64,000 bases of DNA. Source: Octopus sinensis (lineage: Eukaryota). A model generated the notes under the pieces. The model was given only the letters and a program-made list of their open reading frames with translations. It made no database searches and was not told where the DNA came from. Both the position numbers and the translations under genes were made by a program. Positions 39,288 to 52,733 of the stretch are shown piece after piece (positions within the stretch are counted from its first letter, which is position 1; each line of letters opens with the position of its first letter). Location: contig NC_043014.1 in the NCBI RefSeq assembly GCF_006345805.1, positions 31,682,001 through 31,746,000 on the forward strand, in the 5' to 3' direction.

Positions 39288-39930
39288 TAAATATATATAT
39301 ATATATATATATATGTTAAATATTATATTGTTCAAATTTACCGAAAACAAAGAGGAAGACAGGTGAGGGAACAACAAGCAGGTGTATTAGTTTGATGCTT
39401 GGGAAAAATGGAAAAGTCTTGGACATTTCGAGCCTATACTCTTCAACAAAAAGGATTGAGAAGGAAAAATGGAGAGGGAATGCGGAAAAAAAAAAATGGA
39501 AAGAGAAAAGAAACGTGTAGGGATTAATGGTTCAACATGATGAAAGGGGTGGAATAATCCTGTATACATGCATACATACATACTTTCTTTCACCTGAGGA
39601 TGTAGCTTAAATTCTGCATTATATTGAAGGATTTTTTGTCATTTCATTAATGCAGGTATGTAAGTAATTTATTTATTTTTAATTATAATAATATAAATTA
39701 TTTACGTTTTTAAGTTATGAAAGAATTTTTTGTGATATTAGAATTTTCTATCAAACTAACTCTGCCATTTACGACTTTGGTGATTTGACGTCTATGTTTA
39801 GCATATAGGCTGTCCACTTTAGTGGTCAGTCCTCTAACTTTTGTATGTAACACAATTTTTAATCTTCGGATTTTTAAAAATATCCTAAGCCACTGGTTTT
39901 AATTGACTAATATCAATTTCTATCCTTATT

Positions 39931-39981
<51 letters not shown>

Positions 39982-41292
39982 CACACAGCACAACACAACC
40001 TGAGATCAGTTTGGCAATTGGCTCTGACGAATGCAAGAAAGTTCTCTAGAGAAGTTAACTAGGAATCTTTAAAAATCTCCCCACTAAAGTTAACAAAGAA
40101 CTTACTAGATCTACAAACCAAGCAGTAAAATTATATTATTTAAAAATTAAATTGATTAGAACTAGCAGTGAAGTCATTATTTTCCTTTTCAAATATATAT
40201 ATATAATATATATACAGTAATCCCTCGACTATTGCGGGTGTTATGTTCCAAATCACCTCGTGATAGGTGAAAATCTGTGAAGTAGAAACAGTGCTGTACT
40301 GTATATGTTTTTAAAAGAATTATTTTTATGCCTAGAAAAATAGCAAAGTTATAGAAGCACTAATAACCATTGTTTTTGTAAAATCTCAGAAAATAATTAA
40401 AAATTCACATCCCACAAGGAAGGTGGAAGAGAAAATGCTCTAAAATACTGTGGCAGAGCTGGAAAAGGAGGGAATCCAACTGGAGAGAAACAGAAAAGTC
40501 AGCCCAGAGTTGAAAACAGTTGAGAAAAGTCATCAGTGGCCTATGCTCCAATCTGATCTGGCAGAGTTTCTACAGCTGGATGCCCTTCCTAACAGCAACG
40601 AGAATGAGTGGGTGCTTTTACGTGCCACTGGCATGAGGGCCAGTCTGGCGGTACTGGCAATGGCCATGCTCAAATGGTGTTTTTTACGTGCCACCTGCAC
40701 AGGAGTCAGTCCAGCGGCACAGGCAACGACCTCACTTGAATGTTTTGTTCACATTCCACTAGCACAAGTGCCAGTAAGGTGACGCTGGTAACGATCAAAT
40801 GGTGCTTTTTATGTGCCATACATATATATACACATATGAATATATACCTGGGTGTTTCTTTGTGTCTGTGTTTGTCCTTGACCACTGCTTGACAACCTGT
40901 GTTGGTGTGTTTATGGGCCTGTAATCTAGCGGTTCAGCATAAGGGAATGCTAGAATAAGTGCCAGGCTTTAAAAGAAGAAAAGTAGTGGGATCGATTAGT
41001 TCAATTAAAATTCCTCAAGCTGATGTCCCAGCATGGCCGTCATCCAATGACTGAAACAAGTAAAGAATAAAAGATACAATTCCTCACAATAATTGATTAT
41101 AAAAATATAATGGGAGTTTTAAAACATCAAATGGTTATGAGGGTCCAACAAAGTAAAACAAAAATCAAAGGGGGTCCATAGGAAAAAAGTTGGTTGAGAT
41201 ATACTGCTCTACACCATTGAAATCTCAAAGCTACAAGATAATGCATGATTAATTCAAAGTAATATGAATAAAGAAGTATTATATTTAATAGA

Positions 41293-41586
41293 GGAGGCAC
41301 ATGGCCTAGTGGTTAGAGCAGCGGACTCGCGGTCGAGGGATAGCGGGTTCGAATCTCAGACCGGGCAATGTGTGTGGTTATGAGTGAAACACCTAAGCTC
41401 CACGCAGCTCCGGTGAACTTCTGCTGACTCTTTCGCTACAACTTTTTCTCTCACTCTTTCTTCCTGCATCTTGCAGCTCACCTGTGACGGACTGGCGTCC
41501 CATCCAGGTGGGGAACCTATATGCCAAGGAAACCGGGAAAGTGGCCCTAATGCACCAGGCGTGGCTCAAGAAGGAACAAACAACAA
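41293..41586 (+). mobile_element. tRNA-derived SINE with 11-bp imperfect TSD
   Basis: Head GGCACATGGCCTAGTGGTTAGAGC...GGTTCGAATCTC, tail (CAA)n. TSD TATTTAATAGA (41282-92) / TATTTGATAGA (41587-97). Confidence 0.85.
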
Positions 41587-41769
41587 TATTTGATAGAATA
41601 ATTTGAACACTACAGGATTAAGGTAGAGTATCACTAAAAGGAAATTTGGCTGTTATTTCTAGCAGTTTATTAATGATTAAAATTCATTTTGAAGCTAGTA
41701 CTTTTCAGGGTGTGTATGTGTAGAGAGATTATTCGTCTCTATGGAACCCCAAACTGAATTATGATTAAG

Positions 41770-42205
41770 GAGCTTCAACATCATCTTTAGTCAATTCTGT
41801 TACATGGTTCTGAAACTTGGACCCTCACCAAAAATCTTGAAAACTAAATATACAGCTGCTACTGGAGAATGTTAAGAATGGCCCTGAATGTTACATGGAG
41901 AGCTCATTTAACCAGCGAGCAGCTTTATCAAAATCTACCCAATGTGATTGAGAAGATTCAGCAGAGAAGAAAGAGAATTGCTGGTCAATGCATCAGGCAC
42001 CCAGAAGAACCTGTATGTTAACTTGTCTTATGGTAGTCGGTTGAAGGAAGAATCAGTTAGAAGAGAAATCATCTAACCTAAGTGGACAACCTGCTTCAGG
42101 TCAGAGGAATGGCAAATGTTGACAAATTAAGAGCATTCATGGGGGACTGTGATGGATGGCATGCTTGTGTGAAATCATTGAAGCATCTGAAGGATGGCCA
42201 AACTA
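41770..42205 (+). mobile_element. 5'-truncated RTE-clade LINE, decayed
   Basis: SILLHGSETWTLTKNLEN*IYSCYWRMLRMALNVTWRAHLTSEQLYQNLPNVIEKIQQRRKRIAGQCIRHPEE...DGWHACV, a typical RTE RT C-terminus with stops. Confidence 0.8.
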
Positions 42206-42289
42206 ACTGACTCATGGTGGATACACTATGCTTTGAGTGAGGGTTCTAATTATGGTGTGAGCACAAGGCCAAATAATAGATTTATGGAT

Positions 42290-42450
42290 ACATTCCACCC
42301 AAACCTACTTTGCTCAATGCAGGGTAGGCTTTATTGCCCACTGCTATCAGCTGAGCATCAAGCTGTATTAGATGATATATTTTGGAGATTTTTTCACTCT
42401 AATAGATAATTAAGGCCACTAAATCACATTGATGTTATTGGCAGAGACAA
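42290..42450 (+). mobile_element. Second short RTE-like fragment
   Basis: GRVGFIAHCY / AEHQAVLDDIFW across a frameshift, similar to RRVQFAGHCCRAEKEVISTLLLW at 60.55 kb. Confidence 0.4.
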
Positions 42451-42458
42451 GCAACATA

Positions 42459-42709
42459 TATGAGGGTGTGCTGATCATCTTGTATTTTATTTTACCCAAA
42501 ACCAAGAACTCTTGGTTTTGGGTAAAAGAAAATACAAGATGATCAGTTAGTTATGATTTTATTCAACATATTCCCCTCTTAGATTCACACATTTATTGCA
42601 GTACTCCTTCAGTTTTTCTAAATCCTGTTAAAGAACTTGGAGGGTTGGACTTCCATCCAGACCTTTTACAATACCCTTAAAACCAGGAACTATTCAGCAC
42701 CCTCTTGTA
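42459..42709. mobile_element. Mariner-type MITE
   Basis: Ends TA-TGAGGGTGTGCTGA ... TTCAGCACCCTCTTG-TA. Same family as 42819-43040. Confidence 0.75.
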
Positions 42710-42765
42710 TCTATAGCTCTAGGTGAGTGAGCATGTGTTTGTGTTTGAGTAAGCATTGTATGTGA

Positions 42766-42803
<38 letters not shown>

Positions 42804-42818
42804 TTGTGTATTCATATG

Positions 42819-43040
42819 TATGATGGGGTGTTGAAAAGTTCCTGGCTTTGGGAAAAGAAAATACAGGAGGATCAGTTGATTATGGTTTTATTCAATATAA
42901 TCTCCTCTCAGATTTACACAGTTATTGTGCAGTGGTTCTTCAGTTTTTCTAAACCCTGTAAAAGAACTCAGAAGGTTTGGCCTCCACCCAGGCCTTTTGC
43001 AATACCTTTAAAGCCAGGAACTTTTCAGCACTCCTTTGTA
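42819..43040. mobile_element. Mariner-type MITE
   Basis: TIRs TGATGGGGTGTTGAAAAGTTCCTGGCTTT / AAAGCCAGGAACTTTTCAGCACTCCTTTG, TA flanks. Confidence 0.8.
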
Positions 43041-43641
43041 ACATGTACTTGAGGATTTTACCGAAGCTTAAGGAGAACAGAGATTCCTGGTGCACATTTT
43101 GGTAAAAAAAACACACCTCAGTTTCTGGTTCTTGGAAAAGAAGAAAGAAAAAAGTAGATTTTCTGAAGGGGGTTTTTGGAACTACATGGAACAAAGTGGA
43201 GGGTCCTTTAGGCTCCCAGTTTCTAAATGAATTGGGGGTGGATGTGATAGATTTGATGGAAATGAAACTGTCTATTTATGGGATGAGATGGAGAAAGAAA
43301 AGCAATTATGGGAAGTACTTGAATATTAACATTATTTTGACATGGATATTAAGTAATAAATCTGATGATGATGATGATAGTGGTGGTGGTGGTGGTGGTA
43401 CTGATGAAGATGATGGTGATGATGATTGTATCATGAACATTTTCGAGTTTTAATTTATTTGCTTTTCTAAATAGCAGATATATATATGTATATAAATAAT
43501 GTTCTTTACTAACAACACTAACACCATCACCATCTCCAACAACACCCACAACACTGACTTTACAAATGCTTTGAATTACTAGAGCATGTTGTAATCTGGC
43601 TAAGAATAAGAATACAACACCAACAACAGCAGCAGCACCAT

Positions 43642-43672
<31 letters not shown>

Positions 43673-44084
43673 AACAGCATCAGCAGCAGCAGCAGTAGCA
43701 GTAATAACGCTAACAATAATAAATTCCAAAAATGTTTAATAAAGTAAAAAGATCAGAGTAAATGACTTCAAGTTAATTGAATTTTTGATATATTGGGGCA
43801 AAAATTAATATAGATTCCCAATTGAACAATTATCCATGTAAGATACTGAAAGGTAACAGAAAAAAAAAAGAAAGAAAAGAAAAGAAGAAAAATAGAAAAA
43901 AGAAAGGAAGGAAGGAAACAAAAAAGGAAGAAGGAAAAATGAAAGAAATGAAAGAATTTCAATTAAGCAAAGCTGAAACTGTGATCTCTGAGTTAAAAGC
44001 AAAAGCAGCTGTTTGTGCAGAAATGAATAAAGACATATATAAAAATCATAAATTCTATTGGTGCGTCTCAATTAAAAATTCTTT

Positions 44085-44115
<31 letters not shown>

Positions 44116-46807
44116 AAATAAATAGATAACATTAATAATGATAATAATGTTGACGTTCATCATTGGATGAATCTGAAGTAAACGTACAAACAACAACAGC
44201 AATAACAAGAGCAGTAGCAGTAGCAGCAGCAGTAAACAATAATAACAGTAATGAAAGAGAAAGAGAAAAGACAAACAAAAAAGGAAAAAGAAAAAACATC
44301 AACTATAAAAATCAATTAATAATAAATAAATGAACGTTAATAAATAAATGAAAATAACAAGAGATAAAACAAACAAACAAATAGTAAATAATTATAAATT
44401 AAATCTGAAAACTTTCATAAATTTTCTAAAGCAGATTTTTGAATGGATACAAACAAATGCTCAAATTTTACTGTTTTTCCCTCCTCTTACCTCACCTCAC
44501 CTCATTGCACTGCTTTTAGAACACCAACCTATATAGATTTATATTGTTGTTGTCATAACAACAACAACAACAATAATAATGATAATAATGGTTTCAAATT
44601 TTGGCACAAGGCCAGCAATTTTTGGGGAGGGAGTCAAGTCGATTACATCAACCCCAGTGTTCATTTAGTACTTATTTTATCAACCCTGAAAGGATGAAAG
44701 CAAAGTTGACCTTGGTGGAAATTGAACTCAGAATGCAAAGATGGATGAAACCTAATTGTAGTAGTAGTAGTAGTAGTAGTAGTAGTAATGATGATGATGA
44801 TGATGATGATGGGTTACAGCAAATATTCTGCTCAATACCACAGATTTGCCTGTCAGTTGCTTGACCTTAACCAGTTGAGTATGTCCCTGGTAGCTGATGA
44901 TATGTGCATCTCTGATCACGAGCAGAAGTAGTGGGGGAGCATCATAGCCATGTGTTGAGAGAAATTCTTTGGAAACATGGGTGTTTCATTCAATGTCCTT
45001 TAACAATCCTTATTCAATGACCTTTTGAGTGGGATGGGGCTACTCAACCTGAAGAAAATTCTAACTGGGCCCCATCTGTGCTGTTTATCTTGATATGAGA
45101 TCATCATGTCGCGCACATATGGTTGTGATGCATGAGCCTGACAAGTAGTCATGATGGGTATATCGGGCTTTGTATATTTTATCCCAGTGTCACTTTGATG
45201 GCATGCACTGCTCTCTCACTCAGTAATAATAATAATAATAATAATAATAAGCATAATAATAATGCTTTCAAATTTTGGTGCAAGGCCAGCAAATTCAGGG
45301 AAGTGGGTTAGTCAATTACATCAACTTCAGTCCTCAACTGGTATTTATATTGACCCCGAAAGGATGAAAGAAAAAGCCAACCTCTGCAGAATTTGAACTC
45401 AGAATGTAAAGAAAGATAAAATGCTGCTAAGCATGTTGTCTTACCTTAAGCCTAAATGATTTTGCCAGCTTGCCACCAAGGACAAGGCCTTAAATTTTGG
45501 GAGAGGGTCCAGTTGGTTACATAAACCCTAGAGCTTAACAGGTACTTATTTTCGCCGACCTCAAAGTGATGAAAAGCAAAGTTGACCTTTGGTGGAATTT
45601 AAACCCAGGATGTAAAGATGGATGAAATGCAGCTAAACGTTTTGCCCTACATTACTAATGATTTTGTCACTTTGCTGCATTTTACCCAGCGTTCTACGAT
45701 GATTCTGTCAGCTTGCCATCTTTCTAAGAGAAGTACAAGGCCTGAACTTCAGTACAGGTGGGGATTAGTTGATAACATCAACTCCAGTAATATGACTATC
45801 ACCTTTATTTTATTGACCTTGAAAGGACGGAAACAAAGCTGACCTTGATGAGATTTGAACTCAGAATGAAAAAGCAGGAATGAATAATGTCGACAATGAC
45901 AACAATGACAATGATGATAATGATGATGATGGTAACAATGATGAGGAGGATAATAATAATTAGTGCAGTAGATTATCAGACTCATCATCATCATCATTAT
46001 ATTCATTGTCATTGTCGTCGTTGTCGACATTATCATCATCCTCATCGTCCTCCAGCTCCTCCTGCTTCCTCTTCTCCTCCAACTTCCTCCCCTTTTTTCA
46101 CCACCTCCTTCTCTTCTACCACCTCCACCTCCACCTCTTCTTGTTTCTCTACTTCCGCCTCCTCCTTCCTCTTCTAACACCTCCTCCTCTTGCTTCCCCA
46201 CTTCCTCTTGTTCCTTCACTTCCTTTTGTTTCTCTACTGCTTTCTCCTTCACTTTCTCTTCAGACACCTCCTCTTCTTGTTTCTCCACTTCCTCTTCCTT
46301 CTCTTTCCTTTTTTGCCATCTCCTCCTCCTTTTGTTCCTCCACTTACTCCTCCTTTTCTTCCTCTTGCTCCTTCTCTTCCTCCTCTACCTCATCCTCTAC
46401 TTCCTCTTCCTACTCATCCCTGCATTCACTACTCTTTCTCCTCATCCCCACATCCACACCTCCTCCTCCGCCTCCTCCTCCTTATCATCATCATCATCAT
46501 CATACTCAACAACCTATGAAAATGTATTGGCATGGGTACTGGTGTCACATAAAAGGCACTGGTGTGGGTGCCACATGAAAAACACTGGTGCAGGTGCTAT
46601 GTAAAAACACTGGCACTGGTGCAACGTGAAAAGCACCCAGTAAACTTTGTTGAGTGGTTGGTGTTTGGAAGGGTATCCAGCTGTAGAAACCAAACCAAAA
46701 CAGACTATAGAACCTGGTGCAACTCCTGCCTTGCCAGTTCCTGTCAAGGCATCCAAATCATGCCAGCATGGAAAATAGATGTTAAATGTTGATGATGATT
46801 GGCATTA

Positions 46808-47000
46808 GGAAGGGCATCCAGCCATAGAAATCATGCCAAATCAGATTGGGACCTGGTGTAGCCTTGGTGTTAGGAAGGGCATCCAGCCATAGAAACCATG
46901 CAAAATCAGACTGGAACCTGGTACAGCTTTGGTGTTAGGAAGGGCATCCAGCCATAGAAAGCAAGCCAAATCAGATTGGAATCTGGTGCAGCTCTAGAGC
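46808..47000. repeat. Three tandem 65-bp copies of a family C segment
   Basis: GGAAGGGCATCCAGCCATAGAAA starts at 46808, 46873 and 46938. Confidence 0.85.
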
Positions 47001-47179
47001 TTACCATTTTTCAGTCAAATTGTCCAATCCATGCCAGCATAGAAAGCAGATATTAAATGATGATGATGATGATATGGACATTTACATTTGCAGATAAACA
47101 GATTACATATTGAGATTAACTAAGAAGGTAAAACAAAGAAAGAGAGAAAAAAGTAGAGAGAACTTCAGGTTGTTTCTCC

Positions 47180-47219
<40 letters not shown>

Positions 47220-47990
47220 TCATGGAATTCATGTTTATTTTCAAAAAGAATTACCGTGTGCTGCTGTTTTATGTTTGCTTTTTTGGAGGTGGGATTTGTT
47301 CTTGATACCTCCTTTTTTATACATATATAGTATTCCTTCTCATTGTGTCATCATTTATAAAACAAATATATATTTTAATGTGTAGTTTTGCTATGAATTA
47401 GTCAAGAGAGGAAAGAGAGTACCCATGACCTTTTACAGGGTCTTTGAGATTAATGGGAGAAAAAGAAGTCGCTGACAGACCAAAGATCTGACATGACTAC
47501 CTTTATCAACATCATTATCAATATCATCATCATCATTATCTCCACCATCATCACCACCAACACCAACATCATCATCATCATCCTCACCACCACCATCGTC
47601 ACTATCATCATCATCTCCACCGCCACCGTCACCACTGCCACCACCACCGCCACCACCACCACCACTACCTTCATTATCACTATCACCACCACCATCATCA
47701 TTCTCACCACCCCCCTCATCGCCACCACCACCGCCACCACCACCGCCACCGCCACCACCACCACCGTCACCACCATCACCGATACCACCACCACCACCAC
47801 CACCACCACACCACCACCACCACCACCACCACCACCACCGCTTTTAGGAAAGTAAGAGGGAAGTTTTGAATTATGAAATAAGAATATTCAAGCTCAAATC
47901 ATAGATGGCTGACTGGCTGGATGGTTTGATGGTTGGATCGTTGGAAGAATAAATGACTGGCTGGCAGACTGGAAGGCTGGCTGGGTGTGT

Positions 47991-48055
<65 letters not shown>

Positions 48056-48363
48056 CTGTCCCTCCTTTACTGCTAACACTTTGCACTTTCTTAAGGTAAT
48101 TTATTTATATACACTTTATTGTCAAACTGCTTATCCTTTGCAGTATCAACATCTTAATCCTCTAAAGCTCTCTCTCCACCACTGCTCCATCCTTCTATAA
48201 TTCCTTCTCTTCCTTCTTCATCTCTTTTATTATTTCATTTCTCTTATAACAAGAGAATGTTCTCCTGACAACTAACACTAAAGAATGTTCATATTATTCA
48301 ACCAATTGCAGAAACTCTTCTTTCTTAACCAAAATATACTCCCTGTGTGTGTGTGTGTATACA

Positions 48364-48401
<38 letters not shown>

Positions 48402-48494
48402 CTGTGTGTGTGTGTGTATGTATATATGTGTGTGTGTGTGTGTATGTATATATGTGTGTGTGTGTGTGTGTATATATATGTGTGTGTGTGTGTG

Positions 48495-48638
48495 TGTGGT
48501 AAGTAGCTTGCTTACCAACTACATGGTTCCGGGTTCAGTCCCACTGCGTGGCACCTTGGGCAAGTGTCTTCTACTGTAGCCTCGGGCCGACCAAAGCCTT
48601 GTAAGTGGATTTCATAGACAGAAACTGAAAGAAGCTCG

Positions 48639-48702
<64 letters not shown>

Positions 48703-48930
48703 ATATATATATTTATATGTATGTGTGTGTGTCTGTGTTTGTCTCCCCAACATCACTTGACAAACGATGCTGGTGCGTTTATGTCCCTGTCACTTAGTGG
48801 TTCGGCAAGAGAGACCAAAAGAATAAGTACTAGGCTTACAAAGAATAAGTCTTGGAGTCGATTTGCTCAACTAAAAGTGGTGCTCCAGCATGGCCACAGT
48901 CAAATGACTGAAACAAATAAAAGAATAAAA
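48495..48930 (+). mobile_element. SINE family A, low-divergence copy
   Basis: GTGGTAAGTAGCTTGCTTACCAAC...GGGCCGACCAAAGCC...GAAACAAATAAAAGAATAAAAG. Confidence 0.9.
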
Positions 48931-49439
48931 GAATACATACATACATACATACATATACATACATGTGTGTGTGTGTGTGTGTGTGTATATATTGTCAGTG
49001 TATCATATATCAGAAAAAGAAGCACACTCTAAAGCATGGAGTCTGATGAGCTGTCCAACCAAGAACGCCAAAATATAAGCAAACAAGACAAATGAAAAGA
49101 TACAAAATATACAGATTAATTACAGATTATATATATATATATATAACCAGCAAAATTCACTGCAGAGAATTATTTTCTGCAGAATTATTTCTGATATTTT
49201 GGCGTGCTAAAACAAAGACTTTTGAGATATAACCCAAAATGTAATTGGTAGAACTATATACATGTTCAATCTCATGCAGACGCCTCTCATGCGGATGCTT
49301 CGTGTATAGTTCTGCAAATTATATTTTGCTATGATGATCACACTGTGTTGCGGACATCTATGTAAGTGGTAACAACGAAACTGGTTTGTGATTAATCTGT
49401 ATACAACATCACAGACAGCTTGGAATATTAATGGAGTAT

Positions 49440-50438
49440 TTCATTCTAGTGTTATTACATAGCATTCAGTATCAAATTGGTTTGCAAAATTTTGTTCTGG
49501 TAACTCTGACCTCACAAATGAGCAATGCGGTCAACCAGAAACAAAGGTAGATAATGACAAACTGAAAGCCACCGTCAAGTCAGATCCATCTCAAAGTGCC
49601 CGTGAATTATCATTGTTGTTTGGTGTTAGCAAGCAAACAATTTACCTAGTTCAAATCAGTAAAGTGAAAAAGTTGGATAAGTGGGTTCCACATAAACTTA
49701 TTGAAAATCAGAAACAGCAATGTTTGGAAGCCTGCATTATGCAACTTTCCCTTCACAAAAATGAATTGTTTTCTAATCAAATTGCAACATGTGAGAAGAA
49801 ATGGATCCAATACAACAACCGTAAACATTCAGCACAATGGTTGGACAAAGACGAGCCACCAAAGCATAGTCCAAAAAGCAAAATTCATCAAAAGAAGCTG
49901 ATGGTGTGTGTTTGGTGGTCTGGCACAGGTGTGATCCATTATAACTTCAATAAACCTGGCTCATCAATCACGGCCGAAGTATACTGCAGCCAACTGGACC
50001 AAATGATGCAGAAACTTACAAAAAACAGCCTACATTAGTCAACAGATCCACTCCTATTTTATTGCAAGACAACGCCAGAACAAACATCGCAGAAATGACT
50101 TTGGCAAAACAACAGGAGTTGGAGTTGAAAGTTCTCCATCATCCACCATACTCACCTGATCTTGCCCCCACTGACTATCACTTCTTCCAGAATTTGGATA
50201 ACTTTTTGGTAGGAAAAAATTTAATTCAGACGATGCTGTAAAACAGGCCTTCCAAGATTTTATCGATTCTAGATTGCCAGGCTTTTACAGTTCTGAGGTG
50301 GACAAGCTACTGCTGAAATGGCAAAAGTGTACTGACAGTATCGGTGCATACTTTGATGAATAAAACTACATCCTTGTATATATAAAACATTGGCCAACTT
50401 TTTTTCCTTTTCTATAAATTTCATACTTGACGACCTAA
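49440..50438 (+). pseudogene. Decayed mariner transposase (DD34D type), 5'-truncated, right TIR present
   Basis: NWFAKFCSGNSDL, KKLDKWVPHKL, TCEKKWIQYNN, KKLMVCVWW, LLQDNAR, HHPPYSPDLAPTDYHFF. Terminal sequence ...TTGACGACCTAA-TA. Confidence 0.9.
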
Positions 50439-50450
50439 TATATATATATA

Positions 50451-51005
50451 TTGGGTCATCCCATAAATGATGTAGTTTTTTCAATTGCATAAACTAAAAG
50501 TTGGAGGGGGATGGAATAAACTACCTGCATCAACTTGCTATAAAAGTAGGTAGTAATTGTACCTTGTCCTTATTCTTAGTGAAAGTTTTGAAGAGTGCAG
50601 TTCGATTTATCTTTTTGAAGCTATACTGGAAGTGACAAAAGAGCATATTCAGCATATTTTGCTTTATAAGTTCAGTAAAGGCAACACTGCGATGGAAAAT
50701 GTGAGGAATATTAATGCAGTATATGGGGATCAGACAATAAGCGTAAGCCAGTGTCAATGGTAGTTCCAGAAATTCTAAGTTGGAAACTACAACCTAGAAG
50801 ACATGTCTCATCCTGGAAGATCTGTAGAGCTCAGTGAGGATGTCATGCAAACCCTAATGGAACAAAATCCCATCGTAACTGTTAAGGAGCTAGCAGAGAA
50901 GCTTGGATTTGGTCATTCAACCATTCATTGACACCTGTGTGACATTGGAAAAGTCAGTAAATTGGGTCAATGGGTTCCTCACAAACTTTCCATGTCTAAT
51001 CGCAA
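50451..51005 (+). pseudogene. Decayed mariner, left TIR plus N-terminal DNA-binding region, 3'-truncated
   Basis: TA-TTGGGTCATCCCATAA terminus. EHIQHILLYKFSKGNTA...QCQW*FQKF...HPGRS...KVSKLGQWVPHKLS with stops. Ends at an (ATCT)n tract. Confidence 0.85.
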
Positions 51006-51050
51006 TTCAAATTTAGGCGCATTTTCAACAACAAATTTGCCTATATCTAC

Positions 51051-51106
<56 letters not shown>

Positions 51107-51922
51107 TTATCTATGTATATATACATATATGTATGTATGTATATATGTATGTATTAAAATGATCTGTCTTGTTTCTCCAAAGTAACTCTGGTAACAACAA
51201 ATCTATAAATATATAGAATGTAAGGTTTACATTTTTGTATATCATTTTCTGTGATGAGATGGATGTAATATATATATATATGAGATGGATGTAATGTGTA
51301 TTTGCTTAAAAAATTGTTGTATTATTTACACCTGGATGCCCATCATCATATTAACCATTCAGCTGTAAATTAAAAGTGAAAGCTTTTTATATTTCATTTT
51401 CATGTCAGTCAATCACAACTGGAAGAAGTACGAAGCTATGTTATTTTGCTCAAGAGGTACAAATTACAATGACTACAGTATTAAATATGTATTGAAATTA
51501 TGATGTGGTGGTCATCAGTCCTGTGCCATAGTCTCACATCCATTGTGAGTCATAGCAGAAATGAATATTTTTGCAAAGTCTTTGACATGACACATAAAGT
51601 TATTCAACCTCCTCACCAACTCCACTAGTCCAACTGTCAAGTTCTTTGCCAATATTGATTTTAAAATAAAACAAAAACAATACAGGCACAAACAATTATA
51701 TTTATTGACATTTTCTTATAGATTTTATAGTGAGTAAATAAAAACCTTAATTTTTTTTTATGATAAAATATATTTTCCCAGTTATTTTTTTTCCTGTTTT
51801 ATAGTTTTGTCATGAGCTTTTATTACATTTTGTTATCTTTTTGCTTTTTCTTGTTATCATTTCCCTCTTAGTTTTTCCATTTTGTTTTGATATACATATG
51901 CATATATATATATCTACATGTG

Positions 51923-51971
<49 letters not shown>

Positions 51972-52629
51972 GTATATATATGTATATATATGTATATTGC
52001 TTGCTATGTTTTTTCTGCTGTATATATTTTATTGCTGTTTTTTTCCCTACTGTTTTTGTGCTGTTTTTCTAACTGTTTTACATGTTGTATATTTTCAAGC
52101 TATTATTTTGTTATATTATTATTATTTTTTTTTTACTATTTATCTTATTATTTGTTTCATATTTTTCTCTCTCCTTTTTTTTTTCTATTTATATATTTTT
52201 TGCTATTGATTCTGCTGTTGATATTCATGGAATGGTTAAATAAAAGGAACAGAAAACAAAACAAAAAAATAATAATAATAATAAGCAAAAATGACAATAA
52301 TAAAACTAATAAAAAAATCAACAAAAAGCAAATGTTGAAAGGGAATTGTGAAGTAGATAAAAGTAGTTAATGTCAAGCCCAGTACTGCTGATCCAATCGA
52401 CTTTGATTAAGTAAACTGTCGTTGAATAAAGTAGACAAAGTCCAGGAACAAATAAAGGAAAAAAAAGTGTAATAATAATAATAATAAAAGCAGACATGTT
52501 AAAAGCAGCAGCAGCAGTAGCAACGATAACAACAACAATGAATGTAAAGAAAACAAAAAACAATAAGTATGATAATGTCTAAAAAAAAGGTACATAAAAA
52601 ATCGAAAATCTAAACAAACCATTACAATG

Positions 52630-52697
52630 ACCAGCCCCCATCACTGCCACCACCTACACCATCACTACCACCACCACCACCACCACTATTGCAATCG

Positions 52698-52733
<36 letters not shown>

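Noticed and set aside
41293-41370. tRNA-like sequence (also 39170-39245 on minus)
   Set aside because: Continues into a SINE body with tail and TSD, and the cloverleaf stems are imperfect. These are SINE heads, not tRNA genes.
49043-49075. CTGATGAG motif
   Set aside because: No GAAA at the right position and no stems I/III.
49327-49390. ATGATGA...CAAC-GAAAC hammerhead-like spacing
   Set aside because: Core lacks CTG, stem II is irregular, and no stem I was found.
51518-51526. Minus-strand CTGATGA
   Set aside because: Not followed by a stem and GAAA.
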